NCBI GenBank assembly: GCA_002478275.1
Contig: DLMY01000020.1
Location: 13,727 to 77,726, forward strand
Direction of reading: 5' to 3'
Length of the DNA: 64,000 nucleotides
Origin: Actinobacteria bacterium UBA7524
GTDB lineage: Bacteria; Actinomycetota; Coriobacteriia; Anaerosomatales; UBA912
Shown here: piece by piece, positions 27,626 to 39,410 of the stretch
How positions within the stretch are numbered: the stretch's first letter is position 1
Layout of the letters: every line of letters starts with the position of its first letter
Position numbers and translations under genes: made by a program
Notes under the pieces: generated by a model
Told to the model about the DNA's origin: nothing
Seen by the model: the letters and a program-made list of their open reading frames with translations, nothing else
Databases searched by the model: none

Positions 27626-29453
27626 CGTCTGGGAACGTGTGGAGCCGTTGCTTGGTACCGTCGAGCGGCCGGCCCGGTATCTGAACTCGGAGTGGAACGC
27701 GGTCCACAAGGACGCTACGGAGTATCGCGTCGCCCTCATGTACCCGGATGCCTACGAGATCGGGATGGCGAACCAGGCCATCGCTATTCTCTATGAGCGT
27801 CTCAACGCGATTCCCGGTGTGTCTGCCGAGCGCGTCTTCGTCCCGTGGGTGGACATGATCGAGCGGATGCGTTCGGCGGCGGTCGGGCTGTTCACCCTCG
27901 AGTCGAGCGTACTGGTGCGAGATGTGGACCTCCTCGGCATCACGCTTCCCTACGAGCTCACGTACACGAACATCCTCGAGGCTCTCGACCTGGCCGGACT
28001 GCCCGTGCGAGCGGACCAGCGTGATGAGACCCACCCCCTCGTCGTCGGCGGAGGGCCGTGCGTCTTCAATCCGGAACCCGTGGCGCCGTTCTTCGACGCG
28101 TTCCTGATCGGCGAGGGTGAACAGGCGGTTGCCGAGATCGTGTCTGCGCATCGCGAGGCGTTGGCTGGGGGACTATCGCGGCCCGATACGCTGGCGCGGA
28201 TCGCGTGCATCGATGGTGTTTACGTGCCGTCGCTCCATGAACCGGGGTCCGCGGGTCGTGGCGTGCGTGTGACGAAGCGGGTCGTGGACGATATGGATGC
28301 GTGTCGCGGCCCGTTGTGCCCCGTGGTGCCGTACATGGATGTCGTTCACGACCGGGTGGCAGTCGAGGTCCTGAGGGGTTGCACACGAGGCTGCAGGTTC
28401 TGCCAGGCCGGAATGGTCTACCGCCCCGTACGCGAACGCTCTGCCGATACGGTCGTACGTGACGTGCTTGAGGGCCTGAGGTGTACCGGATACGACGAGG
28501 TCTCGCTGACATCGTTGTCAACGACCGACCACTCTCAGCTCGAGGAGGTCTTGCGCAGACTCACGCGTAGACTGGAGGGGACCGGGGTGACCGTGTCGCT
28601 CCCGAGCCTTAGAGCCGACGCGTTCGGTGTCGAGATGGCGCGTCTCGTCGCAGGAGCCGGCCGAAAGTCCGGACTCACGCTCGCGCCCGAAGCGGGGACT
28701 CAACGTTTGCGTGACGTCATCAACAAGAATGTCACGGAAGAGGACCTTCTGAGTGCGGTGGAGTCTGCGTTTCGGTCCGGATGGCGCCGGGTCAAGCTCT
28801 ACTTCATGCTCGGACTGCCGACAGAGACCGACGACGATGTGCGCGGGATCGGTGACCTGACCGCTAAGGTGCTTCGCGCCGCCCGAGACGTCACACCCGC
28901 GGATCAGCGCGGCAGCGTCCGGGTCGCGGTGTCAGTCTCGACCTTGGTCCCCAAGGCACACACGCCGTTCCAGTGGCAGGGACAGATTCCTCGCGAGGAG
29001 ATCGAGCGAAGGCAGGCCGTGTTGCGCGAATCGATGCCCCGCAAGGGCGTCGACCTGTCGTGGCACGACGCCGACGTCTCACTGCTCGAGGCGGTCCTTG
29101 CCCGCAGTGGGCGCGAGGCTGCCGATGGCATCGAGGCGGCGTGGCGCGCCGGCGCTCGCTTCGACGCCTGGACCGAACGGTTCGACCTGGCGGTGTGGCG
29201 CGAAGCGTTCTCCTCGGCGGGTATGGATATCGACGCGATGGCGCACAGGAGCTACGAGCGGGAAGATGTCCTCCCGTGGGGCCATATCACTTCGGGAGTC
29301 GCCGAGGATTACCTGTGGGCGGAGTACGAGCGGGCACTGGCGGGGGAGGCCACACCGGACTGCTCCTTCGAGGCGTGCACCGGTTGTGGCGTGTGCGGTC
29401 CCGCAGGGCTCGGTGTAGACATGGTGTTGGGCGGTGAGCGCCGTGGCCGGTGA
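27618..29453 (+). CDS. Radical SAM protein, TIGR03960-like (B12-binding-like N-domain)
   Basis: The start GTG 27618 is in frame with the long track ORF. It has ERPARYLNSEWN and MANQAIAILY N-terminal motifs and the CTRGCRFCQAG radical-SAM cluster. Confidence 0.82.
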   Translation: MSSVWERVEPLLGTVERPARYLNSEWNAVHKDATEYRVALMYPDAYEIGMANQAIAILYERLNAIPGVSAERVFVPWVDMIERMRSAAVGLFTLESSVLVRDVDLLGITLPYELTYTNILEALDLAGLPVRADQRDETHPLVVGGGPCVFNPEPVAPFFDAFLIGEGEQAVAEIVSAHREALAGGLSRPDTLARIACIDGVYVPSLHEPGSAGRGVRVTKRVVDDMDACRGPLCPVVPYMDVVHDRVAVEVLRGCTRGCRFCQAGMVYRPVRERSADTVVRDVLEGLRCTGYDEVSLTSLSTTDHSQLEEVLRRLTRRLEGTGVTVSLPSLRADAFGVEMARLVAGAGRKSGLTLAPEAGTQRLRDVINKNVTEEDLLSAVESAFRSGWRRVKLYFMLGLPTETDDDVRGIGDLTAKVLRAARDVTPADQRGSVRVAVSVSTLVPKAHTPFQWQGQIPREEIERRQAVLRESMPRKGVDLSWHDADVSLLEAVLARSGREAADGIEAAWRAGARFDAWTERFDLAVWREAFSSAGMDIDAMAHRSYEREDVLPWGHITSGVAEDYLWAEYERALAGEATPDCSFEACTGCGVCGPAGLGVDMVLGGERRGR

Positions 29454-30138
29454 CGAGTTTCGCCTGCGTTTGTGCTGCGGTAAGCGCGGTAGACTGCGTT
29501 TCCTGTCGCACCTCGAGTATTCCCACGCGTTCGAGCGTGGTGCGCGAAGGGCCGCTATACCGTATTCTGTGACTAAGGGTTTCAGCCCGCATATGAAGGC
29601 CGCGTTCGGGCCGGCGTTGCCCGTAGGCACTCAGGGGCTGCGTGAATACATCGATGTGTGGTTGACACGATACGTGGCCGCCGAGACGGTGCTTGCGGCA
29701 CTGGGGCAGGCATTGCCCGGCGACCTGGCTCCGACAGAGGCCGGTTATGCGGCCGCGAAGGAGCCATCGCTCGGGGCCGCATGCACGATCGGTGTCTACG
29801 AAGTGAGGGTCGAAGGAGGTGATGTGGCACAGGATATCGTGAGCCGTGCGCTTGACGACGTAGTCGGGGCCGGTGTGTGGCAGGTCGAGCACAAGGGCAA
29901 GACCAAGGTTTTCGATCTGGCCGAAAGTCTCCCGAAGGAGATGGACGTCCGGTCGACAGGAGAAGCAGAGGTGGTCGTCGGCGTGACGACCCGAATGGGC
30001 CAAGGCGGCTCTCTGCGACCTGATTCGCTCGTAAGCCATGCGCTCTCCCGGGCTGGCGTCGCTGGTGCGGTGACACTGGTGACGCGTCTGGACACTCTCA
30101 TCGAGACCGAGGAGGGGACGTTCAGACGCCCGATCTGA
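29434..30138 (+). CDS. TIGR03936/DUF2344-like radical-SAM-associated protein
   Basis: It has GRLRFLSHLEYSHAFERGARRAAIPYSVTKGFSPHMK, and it overlaps the radical-SAM gene by 20 nt. Confidence 0.78.
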   Translation: MSAVAGDEFRLRLCCGKRGRLRFLSHLEYSHAFERGARRAAIPYSVTKGFSPHMKAAFGPALPVGTQGLREYIDVWLTRYVAAETVLAALGQALPGDLAPTEAGYAAAKEPSLGAACTIGVYEVRVEGGDVAQDIVSRALDDVVGAGVWQVEHKGKTKVFDLAESLPKEMDVRSTGEAEVVVGVTTRMGQGGSLRPDSLVSHALSRAGVAGAVTLVTRLDTLIETEEGTFRRPI

Positions 30139-30148
30139 TGGGAGAGCA

Positions 30149-31627
30149 GTGGTGGGCCAACCGCTGCGCGAGATGCTCATCTCGCACGATACGAACGAGA
30201 CACGTGTCGCGTTGCTCGAAGACCGTGAACTCGTTGAGCTTTACATAGAGCGTCCGAAACGTTCCGTGGTCGGCAACGTCTATCTGGCGAAGGTCAAAGA
30301 CGTGCTCCCCGGTATGCAGGCCGCGTTCGTCGACATCGGACTCGAGAAGAACGCCTTCCTCCACGTGGACGAGGTGGTCAGTCCCGAGGGCGTTGAGGGG
30401 CTGCCCCGCCGGGACATCCAGTCGCTGCTCAAGTCGGGCCAGCAGGTCATGGTTCAGGTGCTCAAGGATCCGATGGGCACGAAGGGTGCGCGGGTCACGA
30501 CCGAGATCACCCTGCCGGGCCGCTTCCTGGTGTTGATGCCCTTCTCGGAATTCGTTGGCGTGTCCAGGAAAGTCGATGATGCTGAGAGGGATCGGCTGCA
30601 TGCCGCCATAGCGCCGCACGTCCCCGAGGGGATGGGGGCCATCGTCAGGACGGTCGCCAGCGGCGTGAGCGAGCGAGATCTCGTCTCGGACCTGGAGTTC
30701 TTGCTCAGATTGTGGCGCCGTGTGAGCCGCCAGTCCGATGAGGCGCTGGCTCCCGAGGTCGTCTACACAGAGATGGACCTCGCACTGAGGCTGGTGCGCG
30801 ACGTCTTCTCCAGCGAGTACAAGCGATTGGTCATAGAGGACAAGACCACGCATGACAAGGTGGTCTCGTTCATGAAACGCACCTCTCCTCAGCTTGTGAA
30901 GAGAGTGCAGCTTCACAAGGACAGGCAGGCGCTGTTCGATGTCTACCGGCTGCAGTCCGCCATCGAATCCGCCCTCACCCGCACGGTCACACTGCCCAGC
31001 GGCGGGTACGTCGCGATCGACCGGACCGAGGCGCTCACCGCGATAGATGTGAACACAGGTAAGTTCGTCGGACGCAAGAACCTCGAGGAGACCATCTACC
31101 AGACCAACCTCGAGGCCGCCGATGAGATCGCCAGGCAACTGCGGCTCAGAGACATCGGCGGGATCATCGTCATCGACTTCATCGACATGGAGGACTCCTT
31201 CCACCGGGCCGAGGTCACGAGGCGGTTCAATCTCGCGTTGGAGAGGGACCGAACGAGGACCCGGGTCACCGAGATCAGCAAGCTGGGCCTGGTCGAGATG
31301 ACGCGCAAGAACGTGACCGACGGACTCTACGGCCTCCTTACCGAAGCGTGTCCAGGGTGTTCCGGCGAGGGGAGGATTCTTTCCTCGGCCACGCGCAGGA
31401 TCGCTGTCGAACGCAGGTTGAGGGAGATTCTGCTCAACGGGCGCGCAAGTGCGTACCTGTTCGGGGTGAATCCCAAGACATATCGCCTGCTCATGGCCCC
31501 GGGACTGAACCTCGTTCCAGCGCTGCGCGCGTCGACCGGTAAGAAGGTCGTGATAGTGGAGGACGAGAGTTGTGCTCCCGCTGAAGTGAAAGTGCTCATC
31601 GAGGGCAAGGCGGGGATGTCGGAGTGA
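30149..31627 (+). CDS. rng: Rne/Rng-family ribonuclease (RNase G/E catalytic core)
   Basis: It has an S1 domain (GNVYLAKVKDVLPGMQAAFVDIG), AIDVNTGKF, and IGGIIVIDFIDM (DNase-I-like site), plus the zinc-link CPGCSGEG. ATG 30170 is an alternative start. Confidence 0.9.
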   Translation: MVGQPLREMLISHDTNETRVALLEDRELVELYIERPKRSVVGNVYLAKVKDVLPGMQAAFVDIGLEKNAFLHVDEVVSPEGVEGLPRRDIQSLLKSGQQVMVQVLKDPMGTKGARVTTEITLPGRFLVLMPFSEFVGVSRKVDDAERDRLHAAIAPHVPEGMGAIVRTVASGVSERDLVSDLEFLLRLWRRVSRQSDEALAPEVVYTEMDLALRLVRDVFSSEYKRLVIEDKTTHDKVVSFMKRTSPQLVKRVQLHKDRQALFDVYRLQSAIESALTRTVTLPSGGYVAIDRTEALTAIDVNTGKFVGRKNLEETIYQTNLEAADEIARQLRLRDIGGIIVIDFIDMEDSFHRAEVTRRFNLALERDRTRTRVTEISKLGLVEMTRKNVTDGLYGLLTEACPGCSGEGRILSSATRRIAVERRLREILLNGRASAYLFGVNPKTYRLLMAPGLNLVPALRASTGKKVVIVEDESCAPAEVKVLIEGKAGMSE

Positions 31628-31649
31628 TCTGGAGCTGGTAGCGGGTTCG

Positions 31650-31678
31650 TTGACGCTGCCGGTCGAGCCTGATAGCAT
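31650..31678 (+). promoter_or_regulatory. Candidate promoter of rplU-rpmA-obg
   Basis: TTGACG (31650-31655), a 17-nt spacer, then TAGCAT (31673-31678), 40 nt upstream of the rplU ATG. Confidence 0.5.
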
Positions 31679-31717
31679 ATCCCCTTGCGCAATCAGCGAT
31701 AGAGAGGGCATTTCAGG

Positions 31718-32290
31718 ATGTACGCTGTCGTTTCTACAGGCGGGAAGCAGCTCAAGGTCGAGAAGGGCATGGAGGCCGTCGTCGAGAAGCTTGACGTGGC
31801 GGTCGGCGATTCCGTGACCTTCGACGTCCTGTTCGCGGCCGATGGCGATTCGATCGTCGCCGGTTCCGACGCTCGCGAAACCGCATCGGTCACCGCTCAG
31901 GTCGTCGAGCATTTCCGCGGCGATAAGCAGGTGGTTTTCAAGTTCAAGAAGCGTAAGGGATACAAGCGGCTCAAGGGACATCGCCAGGAGCAGACGCGGG
32001 TGTTGATCACCGATGTCGTCATGGGCGAGGTCGCGGCCAAGAAGGCTGCTCCCAAGGCGACTGCGAAGGCGGAGAAGCCGAAGGCCGAAGCTCCTAAGGC
32101 GGCTGCGAAGGCCGAGAAGCCGAAGGTGGAAGCTCCCAAGGCGGAGAAGCCGAAGGCGGAAGCCGTCGGCGAGACCAAGCTCGATACGTCGCGGTGCCTT
32201 GCGCTCAAGTCCAACGGAGAGCAGTGCGCCAACAAGCCCAAAGAGGGCTCGAAGTACTGCGGAGTGCACGCGAAGAAGTACGAAGGTTAA
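31718..32290 (+). CDS. rplU: Ribosomal protein bL21 with ~85-aa C-terminal extension
   Basis: It starts MYAVVSTGGKQLKVEKG and has FKFKKRKGYKRLKGHRQ. The core ends near residue 105. It is followed by AKAEKPK repeats and a Cys3-His tail. Confidence 0.92.
   Translation: MYAVVSTGGKQLKVEKGMEAVVEKLDVAVGDSVTFDVLFAADGDSIVAGSDARETASVTAQVVEHFRGDKQVVFKFKKRKGYKRLKGHRQEQTRVLITDVVMGEVAAKKAAPKATAKAEKPKAEAPKAAAKAEKPKVEAPKAEKPKAEAVGETKLDTSRCLALKSNGEQCANKPKEGSKYCGVHAKKYEG
32063..32164 (+). repeat. In-frame tandem repeat (42/39-nt units) inside rplU encoding AKAEKPK(A/V)EAPKA
   Basis: Units start at 32063 and 32105, with a partial third from 32144. They are near-identical at the DNA level. Confidence 0.8.
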
Positions 32291-32335
32291 GCGAGGGTTC
32301 ACACCCCCGGAATCACGAAGGCAGGTCAGAGGGTC

Positions 32336-32590
32336 ATGGCTCACAAGAAAGGCCTTGGTAGCACGAAGAACGGCCGGGATTCCCGCGCCAAGCGGCTCGG
32401 CGTGAAGCGTTTCGGCGGACAGGAAGTCACCGCCGGCTCCATCCTCGTGCGTCAGCGCGGTACGCACTTCCATCCCGGCGAGAACGTTGGCCGTGGAGGC
32501 GACGACACGCTGTTCGCGCTGGTAGATGGTACCGTGGAGTTCACGCGCGGACTGAAGCGCCGCGTACACGTGCGACCGCTTGAGGGCTAG
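32336..32590 (+). CDS. rpmA: Ribosomal protein bL27
   Basis: It has [24 protein letters not shown]...RQRGT.FHPG. There is no N-terminal propeptide, and no Prp protease gene lies between rplU and rpmA. Confidence 0.95.
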   Translation: MAHKKGLGSTKNGRDSRAKRLGVKRFGGQEVTAGSILVRQRGTHFHPGENVGRGGDDTLFALVDGTVEFTRGLKRRVHVRPLEG

Positions 32591-35211
<2,621 letters not shown>

Positions 35212-35262
35212 GAATCGCGCGGCCCGGATGGTCGCGTTGGGACAAGGAAGAGGGGACGGCAG

Positions 35263-36516
35263 ATGTCGGAAGTGATGACGTTGGCGGTGCGGGCGAGAGA
35301 GGCGGCCCAGCGGTTGTCGACCACGTCGACCGGACAGCGCAACAGAGCGTTGCTGGCGATGGCACATGCTCTCACGCATAACCAGGATGACATCCTCAGC
35401 GCCAACGAACAGGACATGAACGAGGCGCGTGCGAAGAACGTGCAGGAATCTCTGCTCGATCGGCTTGAGCTGAACCCGTCGCGCCTCAAGTCGATGTCCG
35501 AGGCGCTCAAGGCACTTTCTCTGTTGCCGGACCCGATCGGTGAAGTCATCGAGGGTCACACACTGCCCAACGGCATCAGGCTCTCGCAGGTGCGGGTACC
35601 GCTCGGTGTGGTCGGCATGATCTACGAGGCCAGGCCTAACGTCACCGCGGACGCCGCCGGACTGTGTATCAAGACCGCCAACGCGGTCATCCTGCGAGGA
35701 GGTTCGCTTGCGGTCAACTCCAATATCGCGCTGGTGCGGGCGCTCTCGAACGCCGCGGTGGCTTCGGGTATGCCCGAGGGTTGCATCGGCCTGATCGAGT
35801 CCACCGAACGTGAAGCTGCCGAGGAGCTCATGGGGCTTCACGGCTACATCGATGTGCTGATCCCTCGCGGCGGTGCGGGTCTGATCCGTAGTGTCGTGGA
35901 GAACGCGAAGGTGCCTGTCATCGAGACGGGTGTGGGGAACTGCCACGTCTACGTGCATGGGTCGGCTGACCCCGAGATGGCGCGCAAGATCGTGATCAAC
36001 GCAAAGACGCAGCGTCCCGGCGTGTGCAACGCGGCGGAGTCGCTTCTGGTGGACGAGGAGTGTTACCGCACGGTGCTCCCTCCGATCCTCAAAGAACTCG
36101 AACAGGCCGGAGTGACGATCATGGGTGACGACGCCTCACGCGGCCTGGGTGCGGTCATGAGCATCGAGCCGGCGACCGAGGCCGACTGGGGCACCGAGTA
36201 TCTCGACCTCAAGATCTCCGTCAAGGTCGTCAGTGGCCTCGACGACGCGATCAGGCACATCAACACCTTCGGGACGAAGCACTCAGAATCGATCGTCACG
36301 GAGGACTACACGGCCGCACAGCGCTTCCTGAACGAAGTGGACGCGGCGGCGGTCTACGTCAACGCGTCGACGCGCTTCACCGACGGCGGCGAATTCGGTC
36401 TTGGTGCCGAGATCGGCATTTCCACACAGAAGCTGCACGCACGCGGTCCGATGGGATTGGCCGCGTTGACGTCTGCCAAGTTCATCGCGTACGGAAGTGG
36501 TCAGATACGGGAGTGA
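35263..36516 (+). CDS. proA: Glutamate-5-semialdehyde dehydrogenase
   Basis: It has IYEARPNVT, GNCHVYV, CNAAESLLV and HSESIVT. Confidence 0.93.
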   Translation: MSEVMTLAVRAREAAQRLSTTSTGQRNRALLAMAHALTHNQDDILSANEQDMNEARAKNVQESLLDRLELNPSRLKSMSEALKALSLLPDPIGEVIEGHTLPNGIRLSQVRVPLGVVGMIYEARPNVTADAAGLCIKTANAVILRGGSLAVNSNIALVRALSNAAVASGMPEGCIGLIESTEREAAEELMGLHGYIDVLIPRGGAGLIRSVVENAKVPVIETGVGNCHVYVHGSADPEMARKIVINAKTQRPGVCNAAESLLVDEECYRTVLPPILKELEQAGVTIMGDDASRGLGAVMSIEPATEADWGTEYLDLKISVKVVSGLDDAIRHINTFGTKHSESIVTEDYTAAQRFLNEVDAAAVYVNASTRFTDGGEFGLGAEIGISTQKLHARGPMGLAALTSAKFIAYGSGQIRE

Positions 36517-37130
36517 GAACCAAGTCGCGGCTCGGCATAATGGGCGGGACGTTCGACCCCGTCCACTTCGGCCATCTCGTGACCGCCGAGGAGGCACTTG
36601 TCCAATTCAATCTGGACAAGGTCATCTTCATGCCCACTGGTAACCCGGTGCGCAAGACGGGTTCGGCTGTTTCGGACTCCGAGCACCGCTATCTCATGAC
36701 GGTCATCGCGACCTCGGCGAACCCTGACTTCGACGTCTCACGCATGGAGATCGATCGACCCGGTCTGACCTATACGGTGGACACGATGCTCGCGTTGCGA
36801 GAGCAGTATGGTGCGCAGACGGAACTCTACTTCATCACCGGCGCCGATGCCGTCTGGGAGATCGCCACGTGGAAGGACGCCGAGCGTTTCGTCGGCCTGT
36901 GTACCTTCATCGCGGCCACGCGTCCTGGCTACGACATCGAGGCCGCCTTGGCCGACCACGCCGAGATCCTCTCGCGTCTGGCCATCGAGTTCATCGAGGT
37001 ACCCGCGCTGGCCATCAGCTCGACAGACATCAGGGAGCGCGTGGCGGAGCGACGTCCCATCCGGTACCTCGTGCCGGAGCCCGTGGCGTCTTACGTGCAC
37101 AAGTACGGGCTCTACCAGGGAGATTACTGA
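36513..37130 (+). CDS. nadD: Nicotinate-nucleotide adenylyltransferase
   Basis: It has GIMGGTFDPVHFGHL and ISSTDIR. GTGA overlaps proA. Confidence 0.92.
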   Translation: MRTKSRLGIMGGTFDPVHFGHLVTAEEALVQFNLDKVIFMPTGNPVRKTGSAVSDSEHRYLMTVIATSANPDFDVSRMEIDRPGLTYTVDTMLALREQYGAQTELYFITGADAVWEIATWKDAERFVGLCTFIAATRPGYDIEAALADHAEILSRLAIEFIEVPALAISSTDIRERVAERRPIRYLVPEPVASYVHKYGLYQGDY

Positions 37131-37131
37131 G

Positions 37132-37728
37132 ATGCCCGCACCGTCGTTGGAGACGCTGCGGGCCGACGTCCGTGAACGCCTCGGCGACCGCGCGTTCGCC
37201 CATTGTGAGGCGGTCGAACGCACCGCCGCGCAGCTTGCCGCAACCTATGGCGTCGATGTCGGACTGGCGTCGACGGCAGGCCTTCTGCACGACTGGGCAC
37301 GCGAGGACGGTCACCGCTCGCTGCTCGACCAGGCGGGGGAAGCCGGAATACCGACCGGCCCGGTCGACGTTTCCGTACCTTATCTGCTGCACGCTCCTGC
37401 GGGTGCCGCGGCGCTCAGCCAGGTGTATCCAGGACTCGCCGAGGAGATCATCCAGGCTGTCGGGCGTCACACGACCGGCGCAGCCGACATGAGCGAGTTG
37501 GACATGATCGTCTACGTCGCGGACATGATCGAGCCGGCGCGGGAGTTTCCCGGCGTAGCCGAGCTTCGCGCGGCCGTAGGCGATGTGGACTTGTTCGAAC
37601 TCTACGCGCGCTGCTACCAGGCGTCGCTGATGCATCTCGTCCGCAGACGTAAGCATCTGCATCCGGACACGCTGACCGCGTGGAACGCGATAGTGGATGC
37701 CGGCAGGCGCGACGGTGAGACATCATGA
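37132..37728 (+). CDS. yqeK: HD-domain bis(5'-nucleosyl)-tetraphosphatase YqeK
   Basis: ATG 37132 is in frame with the long track ORF. It has LLHDWARE, GRHTTGAADM and ADMIEPAREFPG, in the canonical position after nadD. Confidence 0.85.
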   Translation: MPAPSLETLRADVRERLGDRAFAHCEAVERTAAQLAATYGVDVGLASTAGLLHDWAREDGHRSLLDQAGEAGIPTGPVDVSVPYLLHAPAGAAALSQVYPGLAEEIIQAVGRHTTGAADMSELDMIVYVADMIEPAREFPGVAELRAAVGDVDLFELYARCYQASLMHLVRRRKHLHPDTLTAWNAIVDAGRRDGETS

Positions 37729-38960
37729 GCAGACGTGGAGGCCGTGACGAATCCAGACCGTCGAGGCGCAGCCGCAAGAATCGTGGCGCGTCCCGTCACG
37801 AGCAGAACGATCTGCTGCGCCACGAGTCGGACGCCCTGCCCCGCCATGAGCCCACCAGGCGTTCACGCCGTCCCGCTGAGCCCCCGCCGATCCCTTCGGG
37901 GTGGCGTTCCTCACGCAGGGGCTCGCGTCAGATCAAGAAGGCTCGCCGCGAGGCCAAGGTCCACAACGTCCGGGAGTCAGCGGTGACGCTTGCCCACAGG
38001 ACGAAGCGTACCGCAGGCCATGTCGCCTATCTCGTCGGCGTGACGTTCGCTGCCATAGTGGGCGCGGTGGTCCTGGTCGCCCTTCTCTCCCTCGCGATCA
38101 ACGGCATCGCCCGTTGGAATGCAGTGAGAGTGGCACAGAACCGCAGTCCGGCCGACGCCAGGCTTGAGAAGGCGCGAGACAACCTCCTGATCGTCGGGGT
38201 CGACGAGAACGATCGCGCTGCCGGTTTCCTCGCTCTACGCGTCGACGGCGAGGAGGGCTACATATACGGCATCGCGATTCCGGACGGAGCCTTCATCGAG
38301 GTGCCGGGGCAGGGCTTCGAGCGCATCGGCGATTCGTGGCAGGCGGGGCCGGACGTCTCGTTGGACGCCGTGGCGAACTTCTTCGGGGTGCCTTTCGCGA
38401 AATTCGTGAAGGTCGACTTCGCCGTCTATCAGACCGCGTTGACGGAGCAGTCACTCGTGACCATCGACGAAGCCATCGAGACCTCGAATCTCGATGCTGA
38501 TGACAGACAGCGCTTCGTCACCGCATTCCAGGAGACACCCAGCGACAACGTCGCCCTTGTCCCGATGCCGGTCAAGCCGATCACCCTGGGGAGCCAGACG
38601 TACTTCGAGCCCCAGCGCGCTGAGATCTCCGACCTCGTTGAGATGTGGTGGGGCGTCAAACTCGATGCCGAGGAGACCCCGACCCGCGTGATCGTCTACA
38701 ACGGCTCCGGGGTGCCGGGCATCGCGGGGATCGCTGCCCAGCAGTTGATACGCGGCGGTCTGAGGGTCGTCGACACCAAGAACGCCGACAGGTTCGACTA
38801 TGCGACAACAAAAGTGATCGTGCAGCAGGGTCCTGCGAGCGTGGGTGACGATATCGTGCAGGTCATCGGTGTCGGCGAGATCGTGGAACAGGCGGCAGAC
38901 CAGCAGGTGGCCGATGTGATCGTGATCATCGGTAAGGACTATCAGCCCCCTGCGCGTTAG
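37725..38960 (+). CDS. LCP (LytR-CpsA-Psr)-like protein with LytR_C domain
   Basis: It has an Arg-rich N-terminus, one TM, an LCP-like core (NLLIVGVDEND...) and a C-terminal LytR_C-like region (RVIVYNGSGVPGIAG...ADRFDY). The catalytic Arg motif is not clearly recognisable. Confidence 0.65.
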   Translation: MSRRGGRDESRPSRRSRKNRGASRHEQNDLLRHESDALPRHEPTRRSRRPAEPPPIPSGWRSSRRGSRQIKKARREAKVHNVRESAVTLAHRTKRTAGHVAYLVGVTFAAIVGAVVLVALLSLAINGIARWNAVRVAQNRSPADARLEKARDNLLIVGVDENDRAAGFLALRVDGEEGYIYGIAIPDGAFIEVPGQGFERIGDSWQAGPDVSLDAVANFFGVPFAKFVKVDFAVYQTALTEQSLVTIDEAIETSNLDADDRQRFVTAFQETPSDNVALVPMPVKPITLGSQTYFEPQRAEISDLVEMWWGVKLDAEETPTRVIVYNGSGVPGIAGIAAQQLIRGGLRVVDTKNADRFDYATTKVIVQQGPASVGDDIVQVIGVGEIVEQAADQQVADVIVIIGKDYQPPAR

Positions 38961-39038
38961 CGTCCATGAACATCAGGAACCGGCTGCAGAGCCCCTGCAT
39001 TCGCAACGCGGCCTGATACGGGAAGTGAGGGATCGACA

Positions 39039-39410
39039 CTGGATACGAAGGAGATCGCACTACTGGCGGCCCGTGCGGCCAGCGACAAGAAGGCAGAGGA
39101 GATCGTGGCGATCGACGTCGCCGAGCTTCTCGTCATCACGGACTACTTCGTCATCTGCACCGGGCGCAATGACCGGCAGGTGAAGACGATCGCAGACGAG
39201 GTCGAGGACCGGCTTAGAGAGACACTCGGGATCAAGCCGATCGGCCGCGAGGGGACCGATGAAGGCAAATGGGTACTGCTGGACTTCGCTGATGTCGTTG
39301 TCCATGTCTTTCAGCCCGAGGAGCGGGATTTCTACAGGCTTGAGAAGCTGTGGAGCGACGCGCCGAGGCTTCCGCTGGGCGCGGATGTCACCGGAGAGCC
39401 TGTAGCGTGA
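39039..39410 (+). CDS. rsfS: Ribosome silencing factor RsfS
   Basis: It has ITDYFVICTGRNDRQVKTIADEV and WVLLDFADVVVHVF. The conserved N-terminus (KEIALLAARAASDKKAEEIV) lies upstream of the first ATG (39105). The only start-like in-frame codon there is CTG 39039, 6 nt after GAGGGA, so the start is uncertain. Confidence 0.8.
   Translation: MDTKEIALLAARAASDKKAEEIVAIDVAELLVITDYFVICTGRNDRQVKTIADEVEDRLRETLGIKPIGREGTDEGKWVLLDFADVVVHVFQPEERDFYRLEKLWSDAPRLPLGADVTGEPVA

Noticed and set aside
32063-32164. The short tandem repeats in rplU, considered as a CRISPR or minisatellite locus.
   Set aside because: The repeats are in frame within a ribosomal-protein gene. They are contiguous, with no unique spacers, and they encode a Lys/Ala/Pro-rich tail. 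This is not a CRISPR array.
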